A stretch of 64,000 nucleotides of DNA, from positions 16,184,001 to 16,248,000 of the forward strand of contig CM052816.1 of assembly GCA_028534125.1 (NCBI GenBank), in the 5' to 3' direction. The notes under the pieces are model-generated. The model ran no database searches. It was not told the DNA's origin and saw only the letters and a list, made by a program, of their open reading frames with translations. Within the stretch, counting starts at the first letter, position 1, and each line of letters begins with the position of its first letter. Made by a program: the position numbers and the translations under genes. Source of the DNA: Lama glama. Its lineage: Eukaryota. This document shows positions 29,198 to 41,460 of the stretch, in pieces.

Positions 29198-29973
29198 AAG
29201 AAATGTTTCAGTTAATCATATTAAAACCCACATTCCATTACTGTGAAACAAAGCTTAACACACTCAGAAAATTCACTGAAAACAGAGTTATTTCATATCT
29301 AGACTTCTTTTGTAAAATAAAGATATTTATTAGTTATATTATGCACTCTTTCTGAGAGTTATTTAGCAGCAAGTAAAATGAGCGTTAAGCAGTCTTCAGT
29401 TCTTTAAAAAATATTATAGAAAAGAACTTCAGCTTGTAAATCTAAAAATGCTGTTTTAAAGGTATCTAATACTACCATATGGATCTTAAGCAATTGTGCA
29501 AAATAATCACTTCTTAAAAACAACTTATTTTAAGACAGTATAATCATAAAGGCTTGTAGAGATACTCAGTGAAAAAACTACACATTGACATTATTCTAAC
29601 CCTTTAATTCCACATAAAAATTTATCAACAGTTAGAAAATGATAATTTCTTATAGTATGTTCCCTTTCTGAATTAAAAACAAAAAGGTACAACTTTCAGA
29701 TTTTCCACATTTTCTATCAAAGTGGAACACTCTTGTTATTTGTTAACTTATTCATGTGCAAATATACCAAATATATGTAGTAACCGACAATACCAATACA
29801 GTAAAAATGTCACTGACAGATGACAGAGATAGTTCACTATTAGTAATTTAAAGAAGCATCATTTGGAAAGGTAACTGCTTAAGTTTTGTCATCAATCACA
29901 CAAAAGCACTGATTCTTGTGGTAAGAACTTTTCAACCAAGCACCTGCCTAGTTTCCAATTAAAGCACAGGGTT

Positions 29974-30262
29974 GGGAGTAGGCGGTTATAGCTCAGTGGT
30001 AGAGGGCATACTTAGCATGCACGAGGTCCTGGGATCAATCCCCAGCACGTCCATTAAGAAAATACAGATATACATTACTGTATATAAAGCAAACAACAAG
30101 GACCTACTATATAGCACAGAGAACAAACTACATTCAACTTCTTGTACTATAATGGAAAACAACTTGAAAATATGTATGTATGTATATGTATAACTGATGC
30201 TTTGCTGTACACCTGAAACACTATAAATCAACCACATCTCAACAAAAAGTAAAAATTAAAAG
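29974..30262 (+). mobile_element. tRNA-derived SINE head joined to an L1 3'-end-like tail
   Basis: Head at 29974-30057, then aacaacaaggacctactatatagcacag...ctttgctgtacacctgaaac, typical of artiodactyl L1 3' ends. Confidence 0.8.
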
Positions 30263-30654
30263 AATTTAAAGTATAGGCTTAGGTTAATTATTGCTTATTT
30301 TTAAATTTCTCAAGTATTAATTTTATAATGGCTTTATAAATAACTTATCAACATAGTTTCCACTTTACAGTGTTAAGTTTTCCTTTTAATAGTACCTTAC
30401 ATCATTTTATCTTGTCAATATTATTTTATAACTTGTATTTCATTTAAGGGTTTGACTTTTTAAAAATGTTATCTGAGAAATGATTCAGTTTTATATAGAG
30501 AGCTTGAGCCACTTTAAAACCTTATACTTGACTGAGTCTGTGTTCTTCAGTGCCATAATCTCATCTCAGTAGGACATGCCTTTGAGTGACTGAAAAAATC
30601 TTTCAAAAAATAATTTAAGTGGTAAATCCCTCAGGAAATAAAGTCTCAGCTGTA

Positions 30655-30810
30655 TTTTTTTAATTGAAGTATGGTTGATTTATAATATTATATTAGTTTC
30701 AGGTGTATAGCATAGTAATTCAGTATTTTTGCAGATTATACTCCATTATAAATTACAAGATAATACCTGTAATTCCTTGTGCTGTACAACATACCCTTGT
30801 TGCTTATCTA
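30655..30810 (-). mobile_element. L1 3'-terminal fragment
   Basis: tttttaattgaagtatggttgatttataatattatattagtttcaggtgtatagcatag pattern. Confidence 0.75.
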
Positions 30811-32297
30811 GCTCTACTAGTAATTTCAATTTTGTATAAAGCAGCATGCCTCTCATCACACAATAAGCAAAGATAAACCATTATAAAGTGTGGCACCCAG
30901 GTAGACTGAAAAAGAAGTACTAATATTTTTAAGTGCTTTAAGACTATCACTCTTAATCTGTATTACAGACCTTGGATTGAACTTCTAGCTTATTTCTTGA
31001 TCCTTAGGCTAACAGTGCCTCCAGCTGCTAAAACAGAAACCTTCATGATAATCCGTAGAAAGAATTCCTATTATTCAAGCTTGGAATTCTTTTCTTCTTC
31101 CTAGGTTTAAACTTTTTGCCTAGTGACTTTATCAATTAGACATTAAACAGTTTCATATTAAAGCAACACAGAAAATTGGTTAAGGAAACCCATACTACAG
31201 GATAGAACGTTATTCCAATTAACTGACAATTTTGACTCGATTTGATATACAACACTAACTTGGCTAACTCTCTACTTAAAAGCAAAATTTGTGGTTTTCC
31301 TCAAGATTTTTCACTCCACTCCACTCCACTTTGATCTACTCTTGGTTCCCAGAAACATCTGTACAACCTTGATTTGATATAAACTGAGATTTTTGGGGAG
31401 TGCAAGTGCCTGGATGAAAATAACTGTGTGACCTTGGGCAAATTACTTAACATTCCTGTGTTTGTCCCCTTACAAGTAAAATGAGAATAAAAATAACACC
31501 CAATTCATAAGGCTGTAAAGATTTAACAAATTAGTCCACAAAAAACACTTAGAATGGTGCCTGGAACATGGCAAGCACCATAATGATCATCTATTTTATG
31601 TAATATAATCCTCACAACAAATGAGAAAACAAACTTCAGAGGTATAAGAACTAATTCAGAGACATATAAACTTTCCACTTGTACTGTATTCCCTATTTCG
31701 CATAGCAACTTTTAACATCTCATCTGTTTCTATTCAAAGCCAGAATTAAAATTTGAACTCTTTCACTCAACCAGAAGTCAACTTTAAAAGACCGGATTTA
31801 AAGAATGTTAGTAAGTTGGACAAGTTAAGAATGAAGAAGCAGATTCTAGTGAAAGTTAACAAATTAAACCTCTTCCCCCTTCATTCTCTATTATCAATCT
31901 ACCTTTAAATTACCTTCTCATCCTTCAGAAATGCAGTCCTTACCTATTTCCTTAACCATAACCTTACTCTCCAGAGGATTACTCCCTCAATCTTCCTGCC
32001 TTTCAGATGGCCTCTTTGTATCCATGTTCAGCTTCCAGTATAAACCTCCTAAAACATCACTCATTATTTTGTACTCTCCTGCTCAAAAACACACTACTCC
32101 CTATTATTTACCACATGAAATCCACACTATGGTTTTCAACACCTTTTATATATATTGGTTACATCATACTTCTCTGAACCTATTTTCCACTACGTGCCAA
32201 CACCTTAATAGAAAGTTCATTTTATGAGCAGGTACACAGTCTGTCTAATACTTGTGCAATTGTAACTATTCACTGAAATGTGTCTCTCCTTTCTCCA

Positions 32298-32415
32298 TTG
32301 GGGGGTAATTAGGTTTATTTATTTATTTATTTAACTAATTAATGGAGGGACTGGGGATTGAACTCAGGGCCTCATGCATACTAAGCACACACTACCACTG
32401 AGCTATATCCTACCT
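32298..32415 (-). mobile_element. Vic-1-like SINE
   Basis: ctggggattgaactcagggcctcatgcatactaagc...accactgagctatat. Confidence 0.88.
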
Positions 32416-34064
32416 CCTCTTTTCTCCTTTTAATACTAGTAATTCTTTAAAGGCCCAACATCTCCCCTTTATATCAAGCAGTATACAAATCACAGTGCAT
32501 ACAAACACCCAAGTTTAGAAACAATATTAACAAAACGTTAGATACCTTCTGCCTATCAATTTCCAATGATTCCTCCTCCTCTTCTGCAGTCTCCTGTTTT
32601 AAAGTCTTACCACTTAATAGACATGTATCCTTTAAAAAAAGGGTTAATTTTGCATTTCTTAATTTTATACAAATCAGCTTAATATGTATTGTTCTTACTT
32701 GCTTCCTAAAACAGATTTATATATCAATTAAACCTACACTTTCACTGCAATACAGATGCCATTATGGCACATATACTTATTCATTCTCCAAATGATGATT
32801 ATTTAGACTGTTTCAAATTTATTATTATCAAGAATGCTGTTATGAGTATTTCTTGGTGTCTTCTGATGCTTATGTATAAAATTCCCTCCACTATTGTTCT
32901 TTTTCAAAATATCATAGCCCATATCAGGATAAATAGGTGAATATTAAAATTTTTCAGTTGTTTCACATCTTCTCACAGCAAGAAAATTTTAAGTACTAAT
33001 GTGTGTACTGCTTTGCTATTACTGTTCCTTTCCCAACTACTGTATGAGTCAGGTGCTCAAACACTTGCCTTTAAACTTTCACAGATTATAGGCTCTACTC
33101 CCATCGGTCACTGTACCTACCAAAGGAAGATGTTTAATATCCTAGTGATTCCCACAGAGAAAGGAAAAAACCACATAAATCACCTTGAAAGACTAGAAAG
33201 TTATCTACCTTCATTAACAACCTATGATATTGCAAATCAAAGATCCCAACTAACAGATTACTTTCCATACTTGCATTTACTGCCTACCCACTATGACATC
33301 TACTATAGGCATCTCCCCAGCTCTTTGCTCTTCTTGTCCACAGGACATCCAACAGCAACAGCTGGGAAGAACTATCCTTCCACCCCTCACCATGGGAACC
33401 TCCTTCTTTGTCTTCCTACTACTTTACTTTTCCTACTAACCTACTAACCTTTGTTTTCTGCCTTCAGACAGGTATCAACCACCACAGGCTATTGGTACTC
33501 AAGACAAAAGAAACTCAAGAGATATGCCATTTAAAAACTCCCTATGAAAAAAAGCAAGCGTATCAATTAAACTTCAGAATAGTTTTTAAGTCTTTAAATA
33601 ATTAAGTTAAAATTTTAAAGTTTTTAAAAATTAAAAAAATTACACCTAAGATTACACTGCTATCTCATGTACATTTTAATTTCAAAGACTTCTGAGCATT
33701 ATTCATAGAGAACATTAGGCAGGGCTTGATTTACAACTCAAAAATCACATGGGGGCTGCAATACATCAAAGATATTCCATCCATTCAGATCTGCCATAGT
33801 AAATTATATTCAGGTGAGGAAAGATAACACAGGATTTTAACATAAAACCTCTATTGTATTACAGTTTATACTTAAGATACATACCTTATAGTAGATATGA
33901 TCTGCAGTAAGTCAAAAGCTAAAATACTTTTAAAGGCTATGTATCTACAGTTCTTTCAATTCACTGGCTTTTCTCTATGCTCTATCTTTATCCACTAAAT
34001 AGCTTTTCTAACTATAAACCTCTTTATCCAGCATTTCAGAACCCTTAATCCCAATGATATAAGA

Positions 34065-34187
34065 GAGACCACTATAACTCAGTGGTAGAGCATGTGCTTA
34101 GCATGCAGGAAGTCCTGGGTTCACTTCCCCAGTACCTCCATATAAATCAATCAATCCATCCATCCATCCTAATTACCAACCCTCAAG
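34065..34187 (+). mobile_element. Vic-1-like SINE (diverged)
   Basis: tataactcagtggtagagcatgtgcttagcatgcaggaagtcctgggttc. Confidence 0.85.
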
Positions 34188-36479
34188 AAAGCCATTCCAT
34201 CGCTATCATTTAAAATTCTTAGCTATTTCCTGGATGGTGTTAACCTTGGAATAACATACATAAAACACTGAAATTACACTGTCTACATATCCCTGCCACC
34301 CCACCCCCAATAAACTTAGTACTGTCCCATCCCAAATCTCCAGTCAGTCAAGTATACCTAGAACCTGTTGCCACAGGAATGGACAGTTTTAATGTAATTC
34401 TAACTAAAAGAGACATACAAAAACAAAACACAGCCTTTTACCTAAAAGATGTACTAAGAGCCATTATCTAACAAGGCATTAAACAATTCTTTGGTCTTGA
34501 TCATTTAAAAATCGCTAGTTCATACCATAATCTAATTAGCATTACTCCTAATAATTGGCCGTAATAATTACGTAATTCCTTTACATAAGAATGTCTTCAC
34601 ATTCCTTTCTTTAAACATAATAACCAGAGTATCTTACACAAGTACTTCTTTTTGTCACTTCTGAACAGTCTGCACTTCAGATTTCAGGAAGCTGGCTCAT
34701 TTCTATCTCAATTTCCCTCAAAAATATGTGAGATCCTAAAAAACAAAACATGATTCTGATCTTTCAAGCAGTTCTAGTATTTAGGGAAAAGTTTCACTTT
34801 TCCTCATTACAAAAGTAAATGTAACTTCTTGTAGAAATTTCAGAAAAAGAGGAAGAGAATACAAATGACCCATAATGCCAACATCCAGAGCTAAAACTTT
34901 TTGGTGTATCTCAATTTTATGCTTATTTACATGTGCTTTCAAAGAACAAAAAATCAAATTTTGTATCAAATTTAGTTCATTACATTTTCTTCTCAATACT
35001 ATATTCCACTATAATTTTCCCATCGTTACTCTCCTTAAAGCATTGTTTTAAATAGCTGTATAGATTTCCACTCGATGGCTACACTATAATTAGCAGATCT
35101 CCAAATGCTGAAATTTTTTCGATTTTCAATATGCTTAAAAACCAACATTAACATTTAGGTACACAAATCTTTGACACACTAGTCCCCGAGAATAAATTCC
35201 TGTAAGCGCATTTCTCCCATTTTTAAACCTATTTATTATAACATACAGAACCTGAATCAAGTATCCAATCAAAATTCAAGCGTTCCAAGAACACACCGCT
35301 TCCTTGGGCTTTAATTCTCTCCTCTATAAAATGAGGGATTTGAAGTACTTGTTATTTCTATTATTACATAAGACATTTTCCTTGCATTCTTCGGTTGTTA
35401 AAATTTGTTTAGATAAGTTGACTTTAATTTGATTTAGTGTTTACACTTCCCTAAAAGCATTGGTAAAATCATTATGTTTAAAGACTCTCCACATACACAA
35501 TGTTCAAATTAAGGGTGGTTCAATCCTCCCAAATTTAGTTCAAAATGCTATGTAAAAGCAACTTCACATAGCTGAGAAGGGAGATATGTAAAAACGTCCC
35601 CTCTGGGTAAAGTATACATTAATGTTACCAGCATATAAAACGCAAGGTAAGATTTGTAAATTTAAAGCACATTGAACACAAACGCTTCTGGCCAACGATC
35701 TCTTTTCCAAATCTTACATAACCATCCAGAAGAATCTTCACATGGTACTTCAATTGTGTTTAATTTCAAGTGGAAAAGTCACACGCAGAGTTTTTGCAAC
35801 AAAAACCTGTCTCCCCCGGCTTCTTGATTTCCAAAACAATACTAACATTAAACAATTATATCGATAAGACTCGGTAGATGACTGAGCAATTTAGTTTCTA
35901 AAAGAAATTTTACTTCGAAAATGTGTGAAAACAGCCTAAAATATAATTTCTGCCCGAATACAACTGTTTAACTTTACCTGGGAGAAAACTGTTTTCTCAT
36001 CTATTTAAAAATCTTTTATCAAGCTCCGCTCAACACGCAGCATCAACGCAAAATCTCATGACTACAGCTTGGGAAATACTCGCACTCTATTCCAGAGCGC
36101 TTCAGAGACTAGAATTTCGGAGTCGCCATAACCGTTCTAGAAATATCTGGCTGGAAAACTGTAATTGGTCCAATATGACCATTCCACAATATAGGGTCGC
36201 AGAACAGGATAAACATCTTCGAGATATTCCTTCACAGTAAACGGAAAAAGTCCCTGTTGAACATATTACACGGCACAGCGCCGGCAGTGAAAAGAACAAC
36301 GATGCGGCGACTACACCGCCGTACTCTAAACCCTTTGTCTGGAAACCGGAAGGTCCCACACGACATCATCCTCTCTAGAGGAACAGAGATTGATAGTATT
36401 TTAATAAAGAGGAAAAGGAATGTGAAGGGACTCTCTAAACAAGAACAAATCTGCCTCGCAGCATACTGCAGAAGGATTT

Positions 36480-37900
36480 ATATACGACGCAATACGAAAA
36501 ACAAGCGTTAACGTTTCATTTTTCGGCCATTTTTACGCGATGGCGGGTGGAGAGGGATTGTTTCTGAGGTCCGACTAAAACGCGCGCGCATGTATGGGTG
36601 GGCGGAGGACAGACGATTCTTAGGGGGCGCTATAAAGCGATGGGTGAGGAGAGGAGCGAAGGCCGCGACACCAAGAAAGAAACGTTGCTCGAACGGCTAA
36701 GCTTCTCAGTCCGTGAAATCCTCCATTTTAGGGCACATTTTCATCCACAAAGAGGGGGGGAGGCAAGCATACGTGGGGCTAGCGCTATCCATGGTCTTCG
36801 CTATCTTAACTAGCCTCCCCAAACGGCAGGCCCCCTATAGACAGTCGGTCCCTCAGGCCTCGAGCGCTTGCTCCTCCCTCCCCCTCGGCGCTGCAAGCCC
36901 GCGTGTAACGGGCTCGTCGTCCCGCCCCCGCCCACAGCAAGCCCAGGACGCAGGAAGCCCGGACGATCGGCTGCCACCGGCGCCCCCCGACTCTCCCGTC
37001 GCACCCTGGCCCCTTGGCTGAACGCGTGTCTCCCTCCGGGACCGCTCACCTCCGCCGCGCGAGGAGGCTGGTTGCGCCGCCACTGAGCTCCTAACATGGC
37101 GGCCGCCGATCAGGCGGCTCACATACGCAGCGCGGAGGGAGGCAGAGCGGGGGAGCGGGAGCGAGCAAGAAAGGCGCGCCGCCGGCTCCCCGCGGCCCCT
37201 GTCGCCGTCGCTGCCTCCTCCCGGCAGATGCGGAGAGCCCCCGGCCACCCCACCCCGATTCTTACCCGCTTCACGCCTACCTTAAGGAAAGGGAGAGGGA
37301 AAAGGAGAGGTACCTCTCTCCTAGCAAGCGGGACGCGGAGGCTCCCACAATCCTCCGCAGCAACGGCGCTGGTAAGAGGTGGCAGCAGCGGCGGCAGCCC
37401 AAGAACAAACCCAGTCTCGCGAGAGAGCTCGCCCCCACCCACCTCGGGTCCCGTTTCTGCGCGCGCCAGGCCCCTCCCCCTACTCAGCGCGCGCACGTCG
37501 CTCGCTCACTTAGCAGCGGTCGTTGTTCTCTAATTCTGAAGTCCGCCTGTGGCGGGAAACGGAGATTTAGAGTTACAGTCGAGTCCCATTACCCACAAAG
37601 GATTTTTCCCACCTCCCCCCTCAATTGCGTACTGCAAAATTTAAGTAAGTGTATGCATTAGAAGCGAGTCGCGGGGGTCCCTGGCTTAGACCCGATTTCT
37701 ATCCTCTCCGGTGTTCTTCGATTATTTGCCAACGAGTGTTGGGGGCAGGAAGTGGGGACCGATAACATTTTGACTGACTTTTAATCTTAGAATTCTGTGG
37801 AGGGTCATTGAGGCGGAAGATGGCGAAAACCCATCCCGTCGAAAAGGCCGCCGCCGCCATTTGGAGAATTTAAATGTAAAATATTGAGACAAGTCCCTTG
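36480..37900 (-). promoter_or_regulatory. MATR3: MATR3 proximal CpG-island promoter with alternative first exons
   Basis: CpG-dense. Minus-strand donors GAG|GTGAGC (37050), CGG|GTAAGA (~37266), TAA|GTGAGC (~37510). Several YY1-like (A/G)ATGGCG / GCCATTT motifs. Confidence 0.88.
37050..37097 (-). CDS. MATR3: Exon-1 coding segment MLGAQWRRNQPPRAAE (alternative N-terminus or uORF start)
   Basis: GCCGCCATG context, 16 codons, phase-0 donor GAG|GTGAGC. Resembles, from memory, the N-terminus of the short human Matrin-3 isoform that skips the 912-nt coding exon. Confidence 0.75.
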
Positions 37901-40409
37901 TGAGCAAAGGAATAGCACGTGTGAAAACCCTGAGGCTGACTTTGAAAAATTGTATAGATAAGGCTGGAGGAAAGGCCATTTCCCTGGGGTTTCAAATTTA
38001 AATGCAGAGCGGCAGGCAGTCATCTGACACCTGGGGTAAATTAGTGAATACAAGTCAGACTAATAGCCCTCAAATTTTAAAAATCTTGAGTGTGCTGAAT
38101 CAGATTCGCGTCTTTGAAAAATAATTCTGGGTCCACTGTGAGGATAGTGGAGGGGAGAAAGATGGAGAAGAGACCGTTAGAAAACTAAACAGATCATTTA
38201 GGACAAAAGGCAGGTCATTAACTTGATTGGATATGGAAGTATGGATGAATGACATCTCATTGGTTAGCAGAGCTATTGAAGAGCACTAGAAAAGGATCAG
38301 TTGGGGAGATAAGGCTAGTTGAGTTTGGCATCGATTTTAAAGGAGCTGCATTTATGGGTCTTGAGCTCAGGGGAAAAGGGTGTGGGTTAGTGGCAAATTT
38401 TGAGTTAATAACATAAATGAATGGGAGTTCAAAAAATGGGGGATAGGGAGGTAAAGAGGCCTTAGGACCAAGCCTTGAGAAACTGAGAAGGTAGAGCTGA
38501 GTGGCAAAAGAGACAAAGTGAGTAGAAATGCGGGGACGGAGGAGAAAAAAAAATGTGAGAAGAGGGGAGAGGCACAGAAATTGTACTCCCTAGACAGCCA
38601 AAGTACTTAAAGGACGAAATGATCAACAGGGCCAAATACTACCAAGGGGTCAAAAGTAAGACTGAAAACATGTATAAAAGATTTAGCAATGTGGACACTT
38701 AATTCTAGTTAAGTGGGAGAGGAAGTCAGACTGGAGGTACTTAAGTGTATGGAAAGTGGTGAGATGGAAACTACTCAATGCAGAGAAGTGTTGGCTATGA
38801 AGAGATGAGAAAGCAGGGCTGGGGAAGGTTTTTGCTTTACTATGGGAAAACTTTCAGCACAACTAAAATCAGGAAAGAATTAGGTGAAAAAACAGGGAGA
38901 GAAAGGTTAATTCATAATGGACATTAGTGGGATCTGAAGGAGACATGCCTTTACTGTAACAGGACAATTTGAGAGGATGGTGCTGAGTTTTCATTAGGAA
39001 TTACAATTAGGTGACTTCAGTTTCATGACTAAGCCATCTGTTGGTAGGACTAGAGTTGCAGGAGGGAAAATTTAAAAATAGCCATTGTTTAGAGTGAAAC
39101 TGTAATCTCACATCTCCATGTATATTATCATCTACAGGCTTTGTTTGAGAAGCATCCAGAACTGGGGCTCCCCTGAATGAGAGGGTTAAACCCACTAAAT
39201 AGTTAGCTTCAGAATGAAATTTGGGGAATCCTAAATGTTCAGTGAAACTTGGGTCCTCCTTCACTTGAAACCAGATCTGCTTTCTACTCTAAATCTTCTA
39301 TTTCAATTGATTTTGGTCAAGACTTCTGTTTATGTTGCCCCCAGCTCTTAGACTGAAGTCTGCTCTTCTGGAGACAGAAACATGAGTATGTCTTAGTTCA
39401 GATATGCACTTACCATGCTTTTGTATAAGGCTGTAATGCCATCTGGTGATGGTATGAAGAAGAAAAGGCAAACTTTTTCAATTAAGTAATTATTTATTAA
39501 GGATCTGCTTAGTGGCTCAACAGCAAAAAGACACACTGGAAACAAGTTTTTATGCAAGATTTCAGTCATCAAATGCCTATTTCACGAAGGACACAATACA
39601 AGGGAGGGCATACAATAATGGGTAAGACAAATTGCCAGTTCTTGAGGATCCCGGTCTGATAAACAGACAAGGAGTTTGCCCTCAAGTTGGACCTGGCTAT
39701 GAGCAGAGATGGATCAATAGCTGTATTCACATTTGGATTTCTTGGGAGTGGTTGTGGTACACCAGGGATGGTAATGAGGCTACAAAGCAATAACTTGTGC
39801 TGAGACTTTGAAAGGTCTAAATGACAAGTTTGATGTAAGACAACAGGATAGAGTCTAGATTTGAGCTGATAATGAATACTTTTTAGAGCAGAGGAGTTAT
39901 ATTGATTGAGGACATATATTTTGATACACCATAATCACCAAGCAGCTTATCAGCTGCATTATAATTGAGAGTAAAGTATTATTATTCTTGTTTTCCATAA
40001 GAGATTAAGCAGCTTGCCTAAGGTCATGTAATTAGTGACAATGGCAGGATTTGAATTCAGTTCTATATAAATCCAAATCCAGAGCTTTTGTGCATTATAT
40101 TGGCCTGCCTTCAGCAAAGCTATGGTCTCAGAATCTCCTGGCAGTCCCCCATCTACTATTTTAATAGATTTAAGTCCCAGAACCAGGTCATTTCAATACT
40201 TCACAGTACTAAAATACAGAAAACTATCAACCAGTGGCTCTTCTAACAGTGGCAAGAGAGCAGAAGTGGGCTTAAAAAGGTTTTGAATAGGGAATACATA
40301 TAATCAAATTCAAAGAACAAAAATTACTTCCCCAACCACTATTCCCTTGCATAAAGGCAACCACTATCAACCATTTCTTGTGTACTTTAAGGATTTCCTA
40401 TAAATATAT

Positions 40410-40830
40410 AAACATTTTGTACATACGTGATTGTGAATTAAAGATTGCCACAAATTCTTTCCCATATTTATGGAATAGTGGAACCAGTTTCCACTTTACC
40501 TGCCATCTGGAAGGGCCCTGTAATTGGCTTTTACCAATAGAACACAGAAGTAACTTCTAAGATCTGCTTGTATCTTCTTGGAACCCAACTGACATGCTGT
40601 GAGAATCCCACCCAATGTGAAAAGGCCATATCAAAAAAACCAAGGTGCTTCAGTCAGTAGCCCCAGCTGAGCTCCCAGGTGACAGCCAGTGGCATCTGCC
40701 AACCAAAGTGAAGCCTCCAGATGGCTATAGGCCTAGCCAAGCCTGTGTGGAACAACACAACCAACCAGGTGAGCCCAATCAACCCACAGAATTTTAATAC
40801 TGCTTTTAAATACGAAGTTTTAAATTGGTT
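40410..40830 (+). mobile_element. MLT1-like LTR remnant
   Basis: ccccagctgagctcccaggtgacagccag...tggtttattatgcag. Confidence 0.6.
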
Positions 40831-41004
40831 TATTATGCAGTGATACACTAAGCAAAGCTTTACATTAAAGACATTTTTCTTATTTTACTTACTTTCTTGA
40901 CTATCTTTCAATAAGAATGCCTAGTATCCCACTATATTGATGGTAAAAAATTTAATCAATGGTCTTCCAATGGACAATTTAGGTATTTTCCTATTTTCTA
41001 TTTA

Positions 41005-41090
41005 AAGCAGTAATATTAAATTCCTGTACACACTACTCCATACATGTAAGCAGTAATATTAAATTCCTGTACACACTACTCCATACATGT
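41005..41090 (+). repeat. Perfect 43-bp tandem duplication
   Basis: aagcagtaatattaaattcctgtacacactactccatacatgt x2 (41005-41047, 41048-41090). Confidence 0.97.
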
Positions 41091-41260
41091 ATGTGCAGCT
41101 TAAAATAAACCCCTCAGTTCCTAGACCTACACTGTCTGATGTCCAGTAGCCATAAGTCACACCTATTTTCTGAATCTTACTATCTACATTTAGCTAGTGG
41201 ACAGCTTGGCTGTCATTTCTATCATTGCAGAAATATTTATCATACAGTGCTGCTCTAGAG

Positions 41261-41460
41261 CAGTGGTCAGGGAGTATTTCTGTAGAGGACCAAAAGATAT
41301 TTTAGGCTTCAGGGGCCAAAGAGTCTGTCAGAGATAATCTGCAATTGTGGTGCAAAAGCAGCCACAACTGGTCAATAAATGAGCATGACTATGTTGTAAT
41401 AGGTATGAACATTAGAATTTCATTTAATTTTCACATGTCACAAAATATTCTTTTGATTTC
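41261..41460. mobile_element. MER58-like hAT remnant
   Basis: atattttaggcttcaggggcc...aaagcagccac...aaatgagcatgactatgtt. Confidence 0.6.

Noticed and set aside
33001..33447. 148-aa + strand ORF
   Set aside because: GTG start, antisense in an intron, no recognisable homology.
36598..37533. Overlapping ORFs in the MATR3 CpG island
   Set aside because: Same GC artefact; only the first 16 codons of the 37097 ORF have splice support.
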